Assembly (NCBI GenBank): GCA_964593675.1
Contig: CAZQIE010000003.1
Location: 1,322-65,321, forward strand
Reading direction: 5' to 3'
Source: an uncultured Opitutales bacterium
GTDB lineage: Bacteria > Verrucomicrobiota > Verrucomicrobiia > Opitutales > CAZQIE01
DNA: 64,000 nucleotides
The first letter of the stretch is position 1. Each line of letters starts with the position of its first letter. Both the position numbers and the translations under genes were made by a program. Below, piece after piece: positions 11,960 to 21,601 of this stretch. The notes under the pieces are model-generated. The model saw only the letters and a list, made by a program, of their open reading frames with translations, was not told the DNA's origin and did not search any database.

Positions 11960-13681
11960 TCAGGGCTGGGGAGTAACCGCAGGTCGGTTTGCAAAAACGA
12001 CGAATTCTTCGTCCGAGAACAGGACCGTGAGGGGGAGCGTCTTGAAGTAGCCGGCGAAGCCGTTGTACTGGTCGTGGCGGGCGAGCACAAAGACGCGCTG
12101 CGGTGTGCGCATGAGCTCAGCGAGTTGCTGGCTCGTGAGATACCGTGCGGCGTGATCTTCAAGGGCCAGGCCAAACTGCTGTTCTTTGGGAAGGTTGTCG
12201 GCGATGCCTACGGTGCGGGCCAGGTAGACGGGGAAGTCCTGATAGTAGTCGCCAAGCGTGAAGACTTTGTCGTCCGCCTTGAGCAGGGGACGCAGGACGG
12301 CTGCGGCCTCACGCGTGGAGTGACGCTGGACGACCGAGGCGAAGGGGTTGAACACGAGACAGAATGCGGTGATGAAGGCCGCGAGACCAACGAAGGCGGC
12401 GCGCGGCCGCTTCCGCAGGAGGGCGGTAAGAGCGAGGACGCCGCACACGGCAAGAATGACCGCCAGCGTGGCGTACCAGGGGAGCGCAAACTCGGGGGTT
12501 TTTCCGCCGCGGGAGAAATACACGAAGGGCATGAGGCCCAGTCCGGCTATGCTCGCTACGACGCTGAATACCGCGCAGCCGCGGGAGAGCGCGCGGCCCC
12601 CCTCCTTTTCCCAAGCCTCGGCGAGCCAGCGCCCGAGCAGAATGGCCACCGGGGCATACCCCGGCAGGATGTAGGGGATCAGCTTCGAGCTGGAAGCCGA
12701 GAAGAAGAGCAGGACGAAGAGGGGCCAAAGGAGCAGGAGCGCGGTTTCCGGGTTTGCCCGGACGGCACGCAGGCCGCCTTGAGCCGCGCGCGCGATTGCC
12801 TGCGGGAGGAACACCACCCACGGGAAGAAGCCGCCGGGCATGATGAGAAAGAAGAACCAGAACGGCTGGGCGCGGTCGCTCGTGCCCTTGTCAACGTAGC
12901 GCAGGACGTGTTCGTGCCAGAAATAGAACCACGAGAAGCCGCGGCCCTGGGCGTCCGCAAGGCTGGCGCGGGCGGCGGCAACGTGCCACGGCACGGCAAT
13001 GAGGGCGAACACCACGATGCCCTCCAGAAGGTGCATGCGGCGAAGCTCGCCCCAGCGGTTAAGCGAGAGCATCCACAGGAAGATGACGGCGGCGGGAATG
13101 ACGATGCCGATCAGGCCCTTGGTCATGACGGCGAGCGCCATGGCCGCATAGAAGCCGAGGAAAAAGAGGCGGCGGGTGCGGCCGGGGTCTTCGCGCACGC
13201 CCAGGAGGAAGCAGAGCAGCGCGAACGTGATGAACACCGAGACCGCCATGTCGAGGATGATGAGCTGGCCGAGGCCGAAGTACAGGGCGCTGGTGCCGAG
13301 GACGAGGGCGGTGAAGAAGCCCGCGCGCTTGCCGTAAAGGCGGCTCGCGGCACCCGCGGTGGCCAGTACGCCAAGCAGCGCCAGGGCGGCGGGCCAGAAA
13401 CGGACTACCGCGGTGGCCGTGGAGTCCGCCACCTTTATGGAGCTGGCGACGAGCCAGTAGAAAAGCGGTGGCTTATAGTAATAGACCACGCCGTTCAGGC
13501 GCGGCGTGATCCAATCCCCCGAAGCCACCATTTCCCGCGGGATCTCAACATAGCGGCCTTCGTCGGGATTCGAGAGCGGGCGAGCCCAGGTAAAGCCAAA
13601 GTACAGGACGCAGAGCCCGATAACGAGGAGCCAGAAGGCGCGACGCGACGCGGCGGTGTTGGAGCCCGGAGGGAGTTGCAT
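11960..13681 (-). CDS. GT39-family membrane glycosyltransferase (ArnT / dolichyl-phosphate-mannose protein mannosyltransferase-like)
   Basis: ATG at 13679-13681 gives MQLPPGSNTAASRRAFWLLVIGLCVLYFGF. The family signature ARPLSNPDEGRYVEIPREMVASGDWITPRLNGVVYYYKPPLFYW follows, then more than 10 hydrophobic helices. The longer track ORF (to 14221) would overlap cheB and was trimmed. Confidence 0.8.
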   Translation of the reverse strand: MQLPPGSNTAASRRAFWLLVIGLCVLYFGFTWARPLSNPDEGRYVEIPREMVASGDWITPRLNGVVYYYKPPLFYWLVASSIKVADSTATAVVRFWPAALALLGVLATAGAASRLYGKRAGFFTALVLGTSALYFGLGQLIILDMAVSVFITFALLCFLLGVREDPGRTRRLFFLGFYAAMALAVMTKGLIGIVIPAAVIFLWMLSLNRWGELRRMHLLEGIVVFALIAVPWHVAAARASLADAQGRGFSWFYFWHEHVLRYVDKGTSDRAQPFWFFFLIMPGGFFPWVVFLPQAIARAAQGGLRAVRANPETALLLLWPLFVLLFFSASSSKLIPYILPGYAPVAILLGRWLAEAWEKEGGRALSRGCAVFSVVASIAGLGLMPFVYFSRGGKTPEFALPWYATLAVILAVCGVLALTALLRKRPRAAFVGLAAFITAFCLVFNPFASVVQRHSTREAAAVLRPLLKADDKVFTLGDYYQDFPVYLARTVGIADNLPKEQQFGLALEDHAARYLTSQQLAELMRTPQRVFVLARHDQYNGFAGYFKTLPLTVLFSDEEFVVFANRPAVTPQP

Positions 13682-13760
13682 GGCAGGAGGTTTGCCGGAG
13701 GAAGGGGGCTCTGGCAAGAACACAGGCACGACGCCTGCCCCATGCGACCGGAAACGCGGG

Positions 13761-14780
13761 TTAAACGTGACGCTCGAAACGGCGCAGCACGGCGGGGGCG
13801 ATGGCGGGGAGTTCCAGGGCGTCAACCGCAGCACCGGCATCGACGGCCGCCCTGGGCATGCCATAGACGACGCAGGTTTGCGGCCCCTGAGCGATGGTGT
13901 GCCACCCGCGCTGGCGGAGCTCGAGCAGCCCGGAAGCGCCGTCGCGCCCCATACCCGTGAGCAGAAGGGCCACGCCGGGCGAGGCCGCGTGGGCAGCCAG
14001 GGACCGGAAGAGCACATCGACGGACGGACGATAGACACAATCGGCGGGATCGGCGGTATAGGCGAGGCGCCCGCTGCTGGACAGCACCAGGTGATCCGCT
14101 TTTGCCGCAACGTAAACATGGCCGGGCTGCGGCATTTCCCCACCCTCAGCCGGTGCCACGGGCAGGCGGGAGCGGCGCCCGAACCATTCAGCAAGCCCGC
14201 GGGCGAATTCCGCATCCACATGCTGCGTGACGAGCACGGCGGCTGGAAAGCCCAATGGCAGCGCGGCGAGAAGCTCAGCGATTGCCTGCGGGCCGCCGGT
14301 GGAGGCGCCGATGGCGAGGAACTGCGGCATCGGCGGGGGCGGAAATGGCCCTTCGGAAAGCGGGACGATGGCGGGCGTTGCGCAGTTCCTGTTTAGCATT
14401 CGGGCGACATTTTCGATCTTCTGGCAAAGCAGTTCCGCGCCCGCGAGTTTGCCGAGCCCCGCCAGGGTGGGCGTCCGCACGGCGTCGAGCGCGCCGTAGC
14501 CCATGGCCTCAAAAACCTTCGCCGCGTTACCCGCCACGGAGGCGGTGACGATAAGGATCGCGCAAGGGGCCTCGCGCATGATGCGGCATGTAGCCTCGGT
14601 GCCGTCCATGTTGGGCATGACGAGGTCCATGAGGATGAGGTCAGGTCGGTCTCCGCGGCAACGCGCGACGGCCTCGGCGCCGTCGGCGGCAGTCCACGCG
14701 ACCTCATGCCCCGACTGCTTCACGATGCGGCGCAGCACTTCAGCGGCGAGCGCCATGTCATTGACAACGGCGATCCTCAT
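13761..14780 (-). CDS. cheB: chemotaxis response regulator protein-glutamate methylesterase (WspF-like CheB)
   Basis: N-terminal receiver (RIAVVNDMALAAEVL, DLILMDLVMPNMDG) plus a CheB methylesterase domain (FLAIGASTGGPQA, LLLTGMGRDGASGL). The ATG overlaps the cheA stop as ATGA. Confidence 0.9.
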   Translation of the reverse strand: MRIAVVNDMALAAEVLRRIVKQSGHEVAWTAADGAEAVARCRGDRPDLILMDLVMPNMDGTEATCRIMREAPCAILIVTASVAGNAAKVFEAMGYGALDAVRTPTLAGLGKLAGAELLCQKIENVARMLNRNCATPAIVPLSEGPFPPPPMPQFLAIGASTGGPQAIAELLAALPLGFPAAVLVTQHVDAEFARGLAEWFGRRSRLPVAPAEGGEMPQPGHVYVAAKADHLVLSSSGRLAYTADPADCVYRPSVDVLFRSLAAHAASPGVALLLTGMGRDGASGLLELRQRGWHTIAQGPQTCVVYGMPRAAVDAGAAVDALELPAIAPAVLRRFERHV

Positions 14781-17077
14781 GAGGTGGCGTCGCCAATAAG
14801 TTCCCGTATGGCTTCCAGGAACGATTGGTCGTGGAAACTGCTTTTGGTGAGGTAGCGGTCGGCCCCGACATCGAGGCCCCGCTGGCGGTCTTCCGGACGG
14901 TCCTTGTAAGAGACGATGATGACGGGGAGCTGGCGCAAGCGGGCGTCGTGCCTGATTTTGGCGACGAGTTCGAAGCCGTTCATGCGGGGCATATCGACGT
15001 CGCTGACGACGAGATCGTAAGCGGACAGGCGAAGGGCGTTCCAGCCGTCGGCGCCATCAACAGCCACCTCAACGGCGAAGCCGGCGTTTTCGAGAATCTG
15101 GCGCTCCGTCTCGCGCACGGTAAGGGAGTCGTCGACCACCAGGATGCGGCGCTGGGGCGCGGCCTGCGTCTGGCGCGCGTTGCGTGCGGCCCTGGGCACG
15201 TGGCCGGATGAGAGCAGCTTCTCAACCGCGGTCACCATGTCTTCGACATCAATAATGAGCAGGGGATCGCCGGACTCCGTAAGGGAGGCGGCGCCGATGC
15301 CCGGAATCTTACCGAGCCTGCGGTCGAGCGGTCGGACGACGATATCGCCCTCCCCTACCAACGCGTCCACCTCGAGCCCGTAAAGGGCATCCCTGCCGTC
15401 GGAGACGACGACGAGCTGGAGTTCCTCCGGATGCGCATTTGTGGCCGGGTCCAGCTCCAGGACTTCGTGGGCACCAACGAGCCCAATGTTTACGCCGTCT
15501 ACGGAGGCATAGGCGCGCCCTTCGATGGTTCGGACGCCAGCCGCAGGGAGGCGGAGGGCGCGCTTCACGCGGTTCAGCGGGAAGGCGTACGGTTCGCCCG
15601 CGATGGTGACGAGCAGCGCGCGGATGACGGAGCGGGTGATGGGAAGCTGCAAGACAAACGCCGTGCCTTTTCCCAGTTCCGTTTCGATGCGCACCTGCCC
15701 GCCGAGCTCCTGCACGAGCGCCTGCACGACGTCGAGGCCAACGCCGCGCCCTGAAATCTCGGTGACTTGCGAGGCCGTTGAAAACCCGGGGAGAAACAGA
15801 AACTCCAGCAATTCCTCGGACGTAAGGTGGGCGGCCATCTCTGCCGACACGAGGTTCCGCTCGAGAACTTTTTCACGAAGGCGGCCCAGATTTATGCCGC
15901 GGCCATCGTCAGCAATGCGGAGGCGCAACATGCCGCCACCGTGGGAGGCTTCGACGAGAATGCGAGCGGCTTCGGGCTTTCCCGCGGCCGCGCGCTCCTG
16001 CGGGGTCTCGACGCCGTGATCGCAGGCGTTCCGGATCAGGTGGTTGAGCGGCCCGTCGAGACGCTCGAGGACGTCGCGGTCAACGGGCGTGTCGCGGCCC
16101 GTAATCTCGAGCTTAATTTGTTTGCCGAGGGTCCGGGCGAGGTCCCGAACGAGTCGCGGCAGCCCCTGGACACCGTCGTCAAAAGGCCGCATGCGGCTTG
16201 CAAGGACTTCGCGATAAAGGCGGTCCGCCAGGAGGGTGTTGCGGCGGGTAAAGGCGTCAAACTGTTCGAGCTCACGGCGGACGAGGTCCACCTGCGCGCG
16301 GGCCTCGTGGTGGAGGGCTTCAAGACGTTCGCGCAACGTGGCGTCAGCACCCGTGGCACACTGGGAAAGCTCCTCGAGTTCGCGGGCGCGGCGTTGCTGG
16401 TCCTGCTTGAGGCGGAGCAAGCTTGCACGGAGGGGTTCGAGGGCACGCGCCTCGACGAGGGACTCCGCAGCAAGGCCCATGAGGCGGGTCAGGCGCTCGG
16501 ACGAAACGCGGACGGAAAGGTCTTGTCTTGTGGGTGCCGCCGTAGCCGGTGCGGGCGCCGCGGATGCCTCCGGAGCGGGCTGCAGGGTGGCAGGCTGGGA
16601 CGGCGGAAGCGCGGGTTCCGCCGGGGGCTGCGCGGAGACTGCGGAGGGAGGCTCACCCGCGGAGGCAGGACGGCCTTCTTTCACCGCCGCGAGCGCGTCG
16701 AGGATGGAGGCCGTCTCAGAGCCTCGGGCATCGCCCCAGGCCTGCATTTCGGCATCCGAGGCGCGGGACAATTCCGCGAGGAAATCGGATGCCTTGAGGA
16801 GAATATCCACAGACGCCGCGCTGAGCGCGAGACGGCCTTCCTGCGCCGCAACGAGGACGTCTTCCATCGCGTGGGCGAGTTTTACGGCGTGGTCGAGACC
16901 CACGATGCGGGCGGCGCCTTTGAGCGAATGGGCGGCGCGCATGAGGGGCTCAATACGCTTCGGGTCCACGGTACCGGGCTCCAAGTCGACGAGGCCCCGG
17001 TTGAGCGCAGCAAGCTGGGTCTCGGCCTCCATGCGGTAGAGGTCGAGCAGCGAAGCGTCACTGAAATCCGCGCTCAT
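14777..17077 (-). CDS. cheA: hybrid chemotaxis histidine kinase CheA with C-terminal receiver (WspE-like)
   Basis: Hpt domain (AAHSLKGAARIVGL), Pro/Ala-rich linker, HATPase region (LRIADDGRGI, GRGVGLDVV), CheW-like domain, then REC (RILVVDDSLTVRE, VSDVDMPRMNGFEL). Confidence 0.92.
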   Translation of the reverse strand: MSADFSDASLLDLYRMEAETQLAALNRGLVDLEPGTVDPKRIEPLMRAAHSLKGAARIVGLDHAVKLAHAMEDVLVAAQEGRLALSAASVDILLKASDFLAELSRASDAEMQAWGDARGSETASILDALAAVKEGRPASAGEPPSAVSAQPPAEPALPPSQPATLQPAPEASAAPAPATAAPTRQDLSVRVSSERLTRLMGLAAESLVEARALEPLRASLLRLKQDQQRRARELEELSQCATGADATLRERLEALHHEARAQVDLVRRELEQFDAFTRRNTLLADRLYREVLASRMRPFDDGVQGLPRLVRDLARTLGKQIKLEITGRDTPVDRDVLERLDGPLNHLIRNACDHGVETPQERAAAGKPEAARILVEASHGGGMLRLRIADDGRGINLGRLREKVLERNLVSAEMAAHLTSEELLEFLFLPGFSTASQVTEISGRGVGLDVVQALVQELGGQVRIETELGKGTAFVLQLPITRSVIRALLVTIAGEPYAFPLNRVKRALRLPAAGVRTIEGRAYASVDGVNIGLVGAHEVLELDPATNAHPEELQLVVVSDGRDALYGLEVDALVGEGDIVVRPLDRRLGKIPGIGAASLTESGDPLLIIDVEDMVTAVEKLLSSGHVPRAARNARQTQAAPQRRILVVDDSLTVRETERQILENAGFAVEVAVDGADGWNALRLSAYDLVVSDVDMPRMNGFELVAKIRHDARLRQLPVIIVSYKDRPEDRQRGLDVGADRYLTKSSFHDQSFLEAIRELIGDATS

Positions 17078-17757
17078 AGGTGGTTCTTAGTAATAGCCTG
17101 AACGAGGAGGTCGTCGTCAAGCAGGCCGACATTGCGTTCGCCAAGGGAGAAGACGTGGCGCGTGAAAGTGGCGAGGGCACGCGAAACGGTGGACGGCGGC
17201 GGGCGCAGAGCTTCATCGGCCACGGGCACGATGCCCTCGACGGCGTCTGCCCGGAAAGCAAAGGGTTGGCTGGCCCGCTCGAAGAGGACAAGGCGGGGTG
17301 CATCGCGCAAGGCGGCTTGAGTCGGAGCGCCTTCCGGGATCTGCAACAGGGCTTTGAGGCAAACCTGGATGTGCAGTTCTCCACGGACGGCCACGACGCC
17401 CGAGACCACGGCATCCCGCCTGTGCGGCAAGCGGTGTGCAGGGCGGGACTCCGTGACTTCCAGGACAGCGCGGAGCGGCAGCGCGAGCCATTCGTCGGCC
17501 AGCCGGAAAACGAGCACGGTGTGGGCGTTTCGCGGCTGGGTTGCCGAGGACGCCAGAGCCTGTCGCCAAGACTCGACCCAGCCTTCCGGGGGTGGGCGGT
17601 CCAGGAGGCCGCGTCCGGTGTCTTTGTAAACGGAGCAGTTGTGGCAGTGGACGACGGCCGGGAGGTCCGGACAGGTCTGATCACCCCAGACGCCAACACG
17701 TCTCCAGCAGCGGTCTTGGGAGGCGCCTGAGGGCGAAGTTGTTGGGGTGTCGCTCAT
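17074..17757 (-). CDS. CheW-like coupling protein with N-terminal Cys/His motif (WspD-like)
   Basis: ATG at 17755-17757 (the track start at 17778 is TTG). N-terminus carries DRCWRRVGVWGDQTCPDLPAVVHCHNCSVY. A CheW-like domain follows (VLVFRLADEWLALPL ... VAVRGELHIQV). Its stop overlaps the cheA ATG as ATGA. Confidence 0.8.
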   Translation of the reverse strand: MSDTPTTSPSGASQDRCWRRVGVWGDQTCPDLPAVVHCHNCSVYKDTGRGLLDRPPPEGWVESWRQALASSATQPRNAHTVLVFRLADEWLALPLRAVLEVTESRPAHRLPHRRDAVVSGVVAVRGELHIQVCLKALLQIPEGAPTQAALRDAPRLVLFERASQPFAFRADAVEGIVPVADEALRPPPSTVSRALATFTRHVFSLGERNVGLLDDDLLVQAITKNHL

Positions 17758-17783
17758 CCCTGTGAACTCTTTCTGCAAATCAT

Positions 17784-18995
17784 CTACGGAGCATTCCCCG
17801 CACGCAACGCCCTTTGGCGCAAGTGCGCTGCGCGCTTGCTGTCACCCCGGCGTTCGCAGAACAGGGCTTGGGCGAGGAGCGCTTCGGCATGGTTGGGCGC
17901 GAGGTAAAGGGCTTTGCGGCAGGCGTCCTCCGCGGCATCCGGCCTACCCAAGGCGCTGAAAAGGCGGCTCATAAAAAGCCAGAGATCCGGGCTGTGCGCC
18001 CGCTCGAGATGCGGACGAAGGTAAGCCTCCGCTTCGTCGAGGCGCCCGGCGTCGGCGAGGGACCTTGCAAAGTCCAGCGCGGAGGCGATTTCCTGAGGAG
18101 GCTTTTCCGGTGGGGGTGAAACGGTTGGGGGAGATTCGGGAACGGGCCTGCGAACAGGTTTCGTGGCGAAGCTCGGGAGCTGAAGGCCGGAGCCTGAGGC
18201 CTGTATGTGGCCGCCCCGCACATAGGCAAAGGCGGCGCGAGGTCCAATGCGTTCAAGCTGAAGTCGCGGGGGAAGCGGATCAGCATGGCCAAGCACAAGG
18301 AGGCCACCGGGCAAGAGCAGGCGATTAAGCAGCGCGGTCACTTTGTCCCTGGCTTCTTCGGTCAGGTAGATGAGGAGGTTTCGGCAGAAGATGGCGTCGA
18401 AATCGCCGCAGTCTGCGAGGGCGCCCGGTTCGGCAAGATTGGCTTGGCGAAAGCTCACGGAGGACCGAATCGTGGGGCTGACTTCCAGGCACCCGCTACC
18501 CATTTCCCGAAAATGGAGCGCGTGTTCCCGCCAGGTCTCGTCGCGGAAACTGCCGCGTCCGTAAATGCCCTCCGCCGCCCGCGCGAGCTGCCGTGCGCTG
18601 GCGTCCACGCCCAACACGTCAACAGACTGGGGAGGTATGCCGGCGTCGGCCGCGCACATGGCGAGGGAATAGGCCTCCTGTCCAGCGGCGCAGGGAATGC
18701 TGGCGAGACGCAGTTTCACGCCGCTGGCGCTTCGGCGGGTAAGCCATTGTGCGAGAAACCGGAAAGGTTCGGCATCGCGGAAGAACCACGATTCGGGCAC
18801 AAAAATGTCCTCCGCAAAGTCGGAGAGGGCCTTGGGCGTTTCCAATAAATCTGCGACCAGCCTGCCTTCGGTCAGGCCCGGGAGGGAACGGCAGTGACGG
18901 TCCCACGCGGCATCCAACGTGCCATCGCCCAGCACGTCGAGGTTCAACCCGAAGCGTGCGGTGAGGGCTGCCGCGATGGGAGGGGGCAGGCTCAT
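17784..18995 (-). CDS. cheR: protein-glutamate O-methyltransferase CheR with C-terminal TPR region (WspC-like)
   Basis: CheR-type SAM methyltransferase motifs (ESWFFRD, RLASIPCAAGQEAYSLAM, FDAIFCRNLLIYL) followed by TPR-like repeats (ALDFARSLADAGRLDEAEAYL ... YLAPNHAEALL). Confidence 0.9.
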   Translation of the reverse strand: MSLPPPIAAALTARFGLNLDVLGDGTLDAAWDRHCRSLPGLTEGRLVADLLETPKALSDFAEDIFVPESWFFRDAEPFRFLAQWLTRRSASGVKLRLASIPCAAGQEAYSLAMCAADAGIPPQSVDVLGVDASARQLARAAEGIYGRGSFRDETWREHALHFREMGSGCLEVSPTIRSSVSFRQANLAEPGALADCGDFDAIFCRNLLIYLTEEARDKVTALLNRLLLPGGLLVLGHADPLPPRLQLERIGPRAAFAYVRGGHIQASGSGLQLPSFATKPVRRPVPESPPTVSPPPEKPPQEIASALDFARSLADAGRLDEAEAYLRPHLERAHSPDLWLFMSRLFSALGRPDAAEDACRKALYLAPNHAEALLAQALFCERRGDSKRAAHLRQRALRAGNAP

Positions 18996-19459
18996 GGGCA
19001 GGCGGGCGAGCTGGGAGGGTACAGCGCGGCTCGGACTTCGGGCGAAAGGAGCTTCTGCGGATCAACGCATTGGATGAGCATACCGCACGCCCGGACGACG
19101 GGCCCAAGATGCGGGGTGGCCGGCGCGGCAAGCGGCGAGGGTTGCAGGGCGGCGGGATCAACCTTGAGCGTTTCGGTGACGTGTTCCGCGACAAAGCCGA
19201 GGGGGCGGAAGGAACCGTCCGGCATGGCGTAGTTCACGAGGACACAACGCGTGCTGAGGAGGCCACGGGAAGGCCGACCGAGGGTGATGGTGCAAAGATC
19301 GACCATGGGGATAACCTGCCCGCGGTGATCCAGCAGGCCAGCGATTCCGCGTGGTGCGCCGGGAACGGGACGCAGCGGCAACGCCGGTACAACCTCGGTG
19401 ACGAGGTTAGCAGCCACCCCGTAGGTCTCATCACCAAGCTGGAAGAGCAAAAGCAGCAT
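18992..19459 (-). CDS. cheW: chemotaxis coupling protein CheW (WspB-like)
   Basis: 155-aa single CheW domain (LLLLFQLGDETYGV ... GLLDHRGQVIPMVDL). Its stop overlaps the cheR ATG as ATGA. Confidence 0.88.
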   Translation of the reverse strand: MLLLLFQLGDETYGVAANLVTEVVPALPLRPVPGAPRGIAGLLDHRGQVIPMVDLCTITLGRPSRGLLSTRCVLVNYAMPDGSFRPLGFVAEHVTETLKVDPAALQPSPLAAPATPHLGPVVRACGMLIQCVDPQKLLSPEVRAALYPPSSPACP

Positions 19460-19467
19460 GGGGAGCC

Positions 19468-21591
19468 TCAGCCGTGCCGGCCGTCTGTTCCCGGCAACTG
19501 GTATTGGGACATCTCCTCGCGAAGGGCCTGCACGGCGTGGCGGAGGTCTGCCATTGCGCCGCGGAAGTCTTCCAGCGACTGCGCGGTCTGACGCGCGCCG
19601 TCCGTGAGCTTTACCATGGCGTCCGTAATCTGGGCGGTGCCCTGGGCACCGGCGCGCACGCCTTCGCGGACGGTCTCAAAGCGGGGTGTGAGGCTTTCGA
19701 CTTCAGTTATGATGGCGGTGAGGCGTTCGCCGAGGCTACCGATATCGCCGACCGCGGCGCGCACGGAGTCGTTGAATTTGTCCATCTCCATAACGCCTGC
19801 GGAGACGGCAGACTGCATCTCCCGGACGATGCGCTCGATGTCGAGCGTCGCCGCAGCAGACTGGTCCGCGAGGCGGCGGACTTCGCGGGCGACAACGCCA
19901 AAGCCCTGGCCTTGCGTGCCGGCCTGTTCGGCTTCGATGGCGGCGTTCAGGGACAGAAGGTTCGTCTGCGCGGCGACCTTGGAGATCACGACGACGACCG
20001 CGTTGATCGCCTTGGCCTTGTCGGAGATCGCGGCAAGCCTGCCGGAGATCGACGCCGTATCGCGTGCAAGGCGCTCCATGACTGAGTTGAGCGCCTGCAA
20101 CTGGCCACGGCCAGACTCCGCGAGGGTGGTCGTGCGAGCCGCGCTCTGGGCGACGCCGTCAACCGTGCTCAGGAGTTCCTGGGAGGTCGCGGAAATCTCG
20201 CGCACGGCGACCGTCACCTGACTGGTGGAGGCGCTGAAGCCCTGCGTGGCGCCCTCCTGGCGTGTGGCTGCGGCGGAGATGCGTTCGGCGGTATTGCCGA
20301 GGTCATCGGCACAGCGGCGGACGCGCCCGAGCAGGCGGGCAAGGGTGTCGGACATCTCGGCAATTGCCCGGATGAGGAGGCCCGACTCGTCCTTCGCATC
20401 TTCCCTGGGGACGGCCTTCGTAAGGTCCCCTCCGGCGACGCGGCGGGCGACAGCCGCGGCTGAAGCGATGCGGCGGGCAAGCCCGCTGGTGAAGTAAACG
20501 ACGATCAGGAGCGCTACGCCGAAGCCCATTCCCGCGATAAGGAGATTGCGCTTGAGGTGGCTCATGGCCGGCGCGATGACCTCGGATTCCGCAACGGCGA
20601 CGACAAGGGTCCAGTTCCCGGTCGGGACGGGCGCGGCTGCGGCGATACAGCGGCCAAGCACGGGGTCTTCTAGTGGAAGGGTACCGGCGCGCATACGAGC
20701 GAGAGCGGCCAGGGTCGTGGCGTAGGCCGTGTTTACGCCTTGGGGCGCGGCGCCCGACCAGTCACGCTTCCCGTCAACCTCGGAAAACCCGTCGGTAACG
20801 AACGTGCCATCCGGGCGCAGGAATAGGGACTCGATGCTCAGGGTGCGCAGGTCCTCGGTGCGCGTGGAGGCGACGATGCGTCCCCGTCCGCTGATAACAA
20901 AGACCTGGCTGGACGGGTAATGGCGGAGCTTGTTGAGGTGGGCGCCCAGGAAATCGAGGCTGCGGTCAATGCCGACGATGCCCACGAATCGGCCGTCCCG
21001 GACGATCGCGGAGGCTTGCTCCACGATCAGGTTGAGGCCGTTGTAGACGTAGGGCTCCGTGACGAGCCACCGGCGCTTTTCGCCGGCTTCGACGAGCTTG
21101 CGGGGACCCTGGTAATACAGGGCACGGTCCATGTCGACGAGCGGCTCAAGACGGATGGAGCCGCCGACTTTGAGGTCCCGGACCCAGTAGGGAAGGAAGC
21201 GTCCGGAGGCATCCGTGTAGGCGGAGGCACGGGGGCCCGCAGCAGCCTTGAAAGCTTCGTCTGCGCCGTCGGCGTTTGGCTCGTAGCCGATGCCAATGCC
21301 GACGATCTGCGGGTTCTCGTCGAGCACCCGGCGCATGAAAGCCAACGTCTCTTCGCGCCGACCAAAAAGCGGGCCTTCCTGCGTGGCGGCCACAATCCGT
21401 GCGGTCTGCACGGCTTCACGGTTTCCGACCTCAATCGCCATTGCCGCGGATTCCGCGTCGACCTGCAGGACGGCGCGCGCATTGGCGAGCATCTCCTTGC
21501 GCGAGACAAGGACGTTCACGGCCTCCACGACGACCATGATCAGCGCGACGGGGAGGATCAGGAACAGGAGAATCTTGGTGCGCAGGTTCAT
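19468..21591 (-). CDS. methyl-accepting chemotaxis protein with double-Cache-like periplasmic domain
   Basis: N-terminal TM helix, Cache-like ligand-binding region (WLVTEPYVYNGLNLIVEQASAIVRDGRFVGIVGID), second TM helix, HAMP, and the conserved signalling hairpin ([35 protein letters not shown]). Confidence 0.92.
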   Translation of the reverse strand: MNLRTKILLFLILPVALIMVVVEAVNVLVSRKEMLANARAVLQVDAESAAMAIEVGNREAVQTARIVAATQEGPLFGRREETLAFMRRVLDENPQIVGIGIGYEPNADGADEAFKAAAGPRASAYTDASGRFLPYWVRDLKVGGSIRLEPLVDMDRALYYQGPRKLVEAGEKRRWLVTEPYVYNGLNLIVEQASAIVRDGRFVGIVGIDRSLDFLGAHLNKLRHYPSSQVFVISGRGRIVASTRTEDLRTLSIESLFLRPDGTFVTDGFSEVDGKRDWSGAAPQGVNTAYATTLAALARMRAGTLPLEDPVLGRCIAAAAPVPTGNWTLVVAVAESEVIAPAMSHLKRNLLIAGMGFGVALLIVVYFTSGLARRIASAAAVARRVAGGDLTKAVPREDAKDESGLLIRAIAEMSDTLARLLGRVRRCADDLGNTAERISAAATRQEGATQGFSASTSQVTVAVREISATSQELLSTVDGVAQSAARTTTLAESGRGQLQALNSVMERLARDTASISGRLAAISDKAKAINAVVVVISKVAAQTNLLSLNAAIEAEQAGTQGQGFGVVAREVRRLADQSAAATLDIERIVREMQSAVSAGVMEMDKFNDSVRAAVGDIGSLGERLTAIITEVESLTPRFETVREGVRAGAQGTAQITDAMVKLTDGARQTAQSLEDFRGAMADLRHAVQALREEMSQYQLPGTDGRHG

Positions 21592-21601
21592 GGCTTGGCG
21601 G

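Noticed and set aside
10979-13960. 993-aa plus-strand ORF, the second-longest ORF in the track
   Set aside because: It lies antisense to three genes with clear family signatures (GlcD-like, zinc-ribbon, GT39). Its translation is Arg/Gly/Glu/Ala-rich low complexity with no motif. This is a typical shadow ORF of GC-rich DNA.
13682-14221. Upstream 180 codons of ORF 11960..14221
   Set aside because: It would overlap cheB by 460 nt and translates to Pro/Ser/Arg-rich sequence. The GT39 signature begins shortly after the ATG at 13681.
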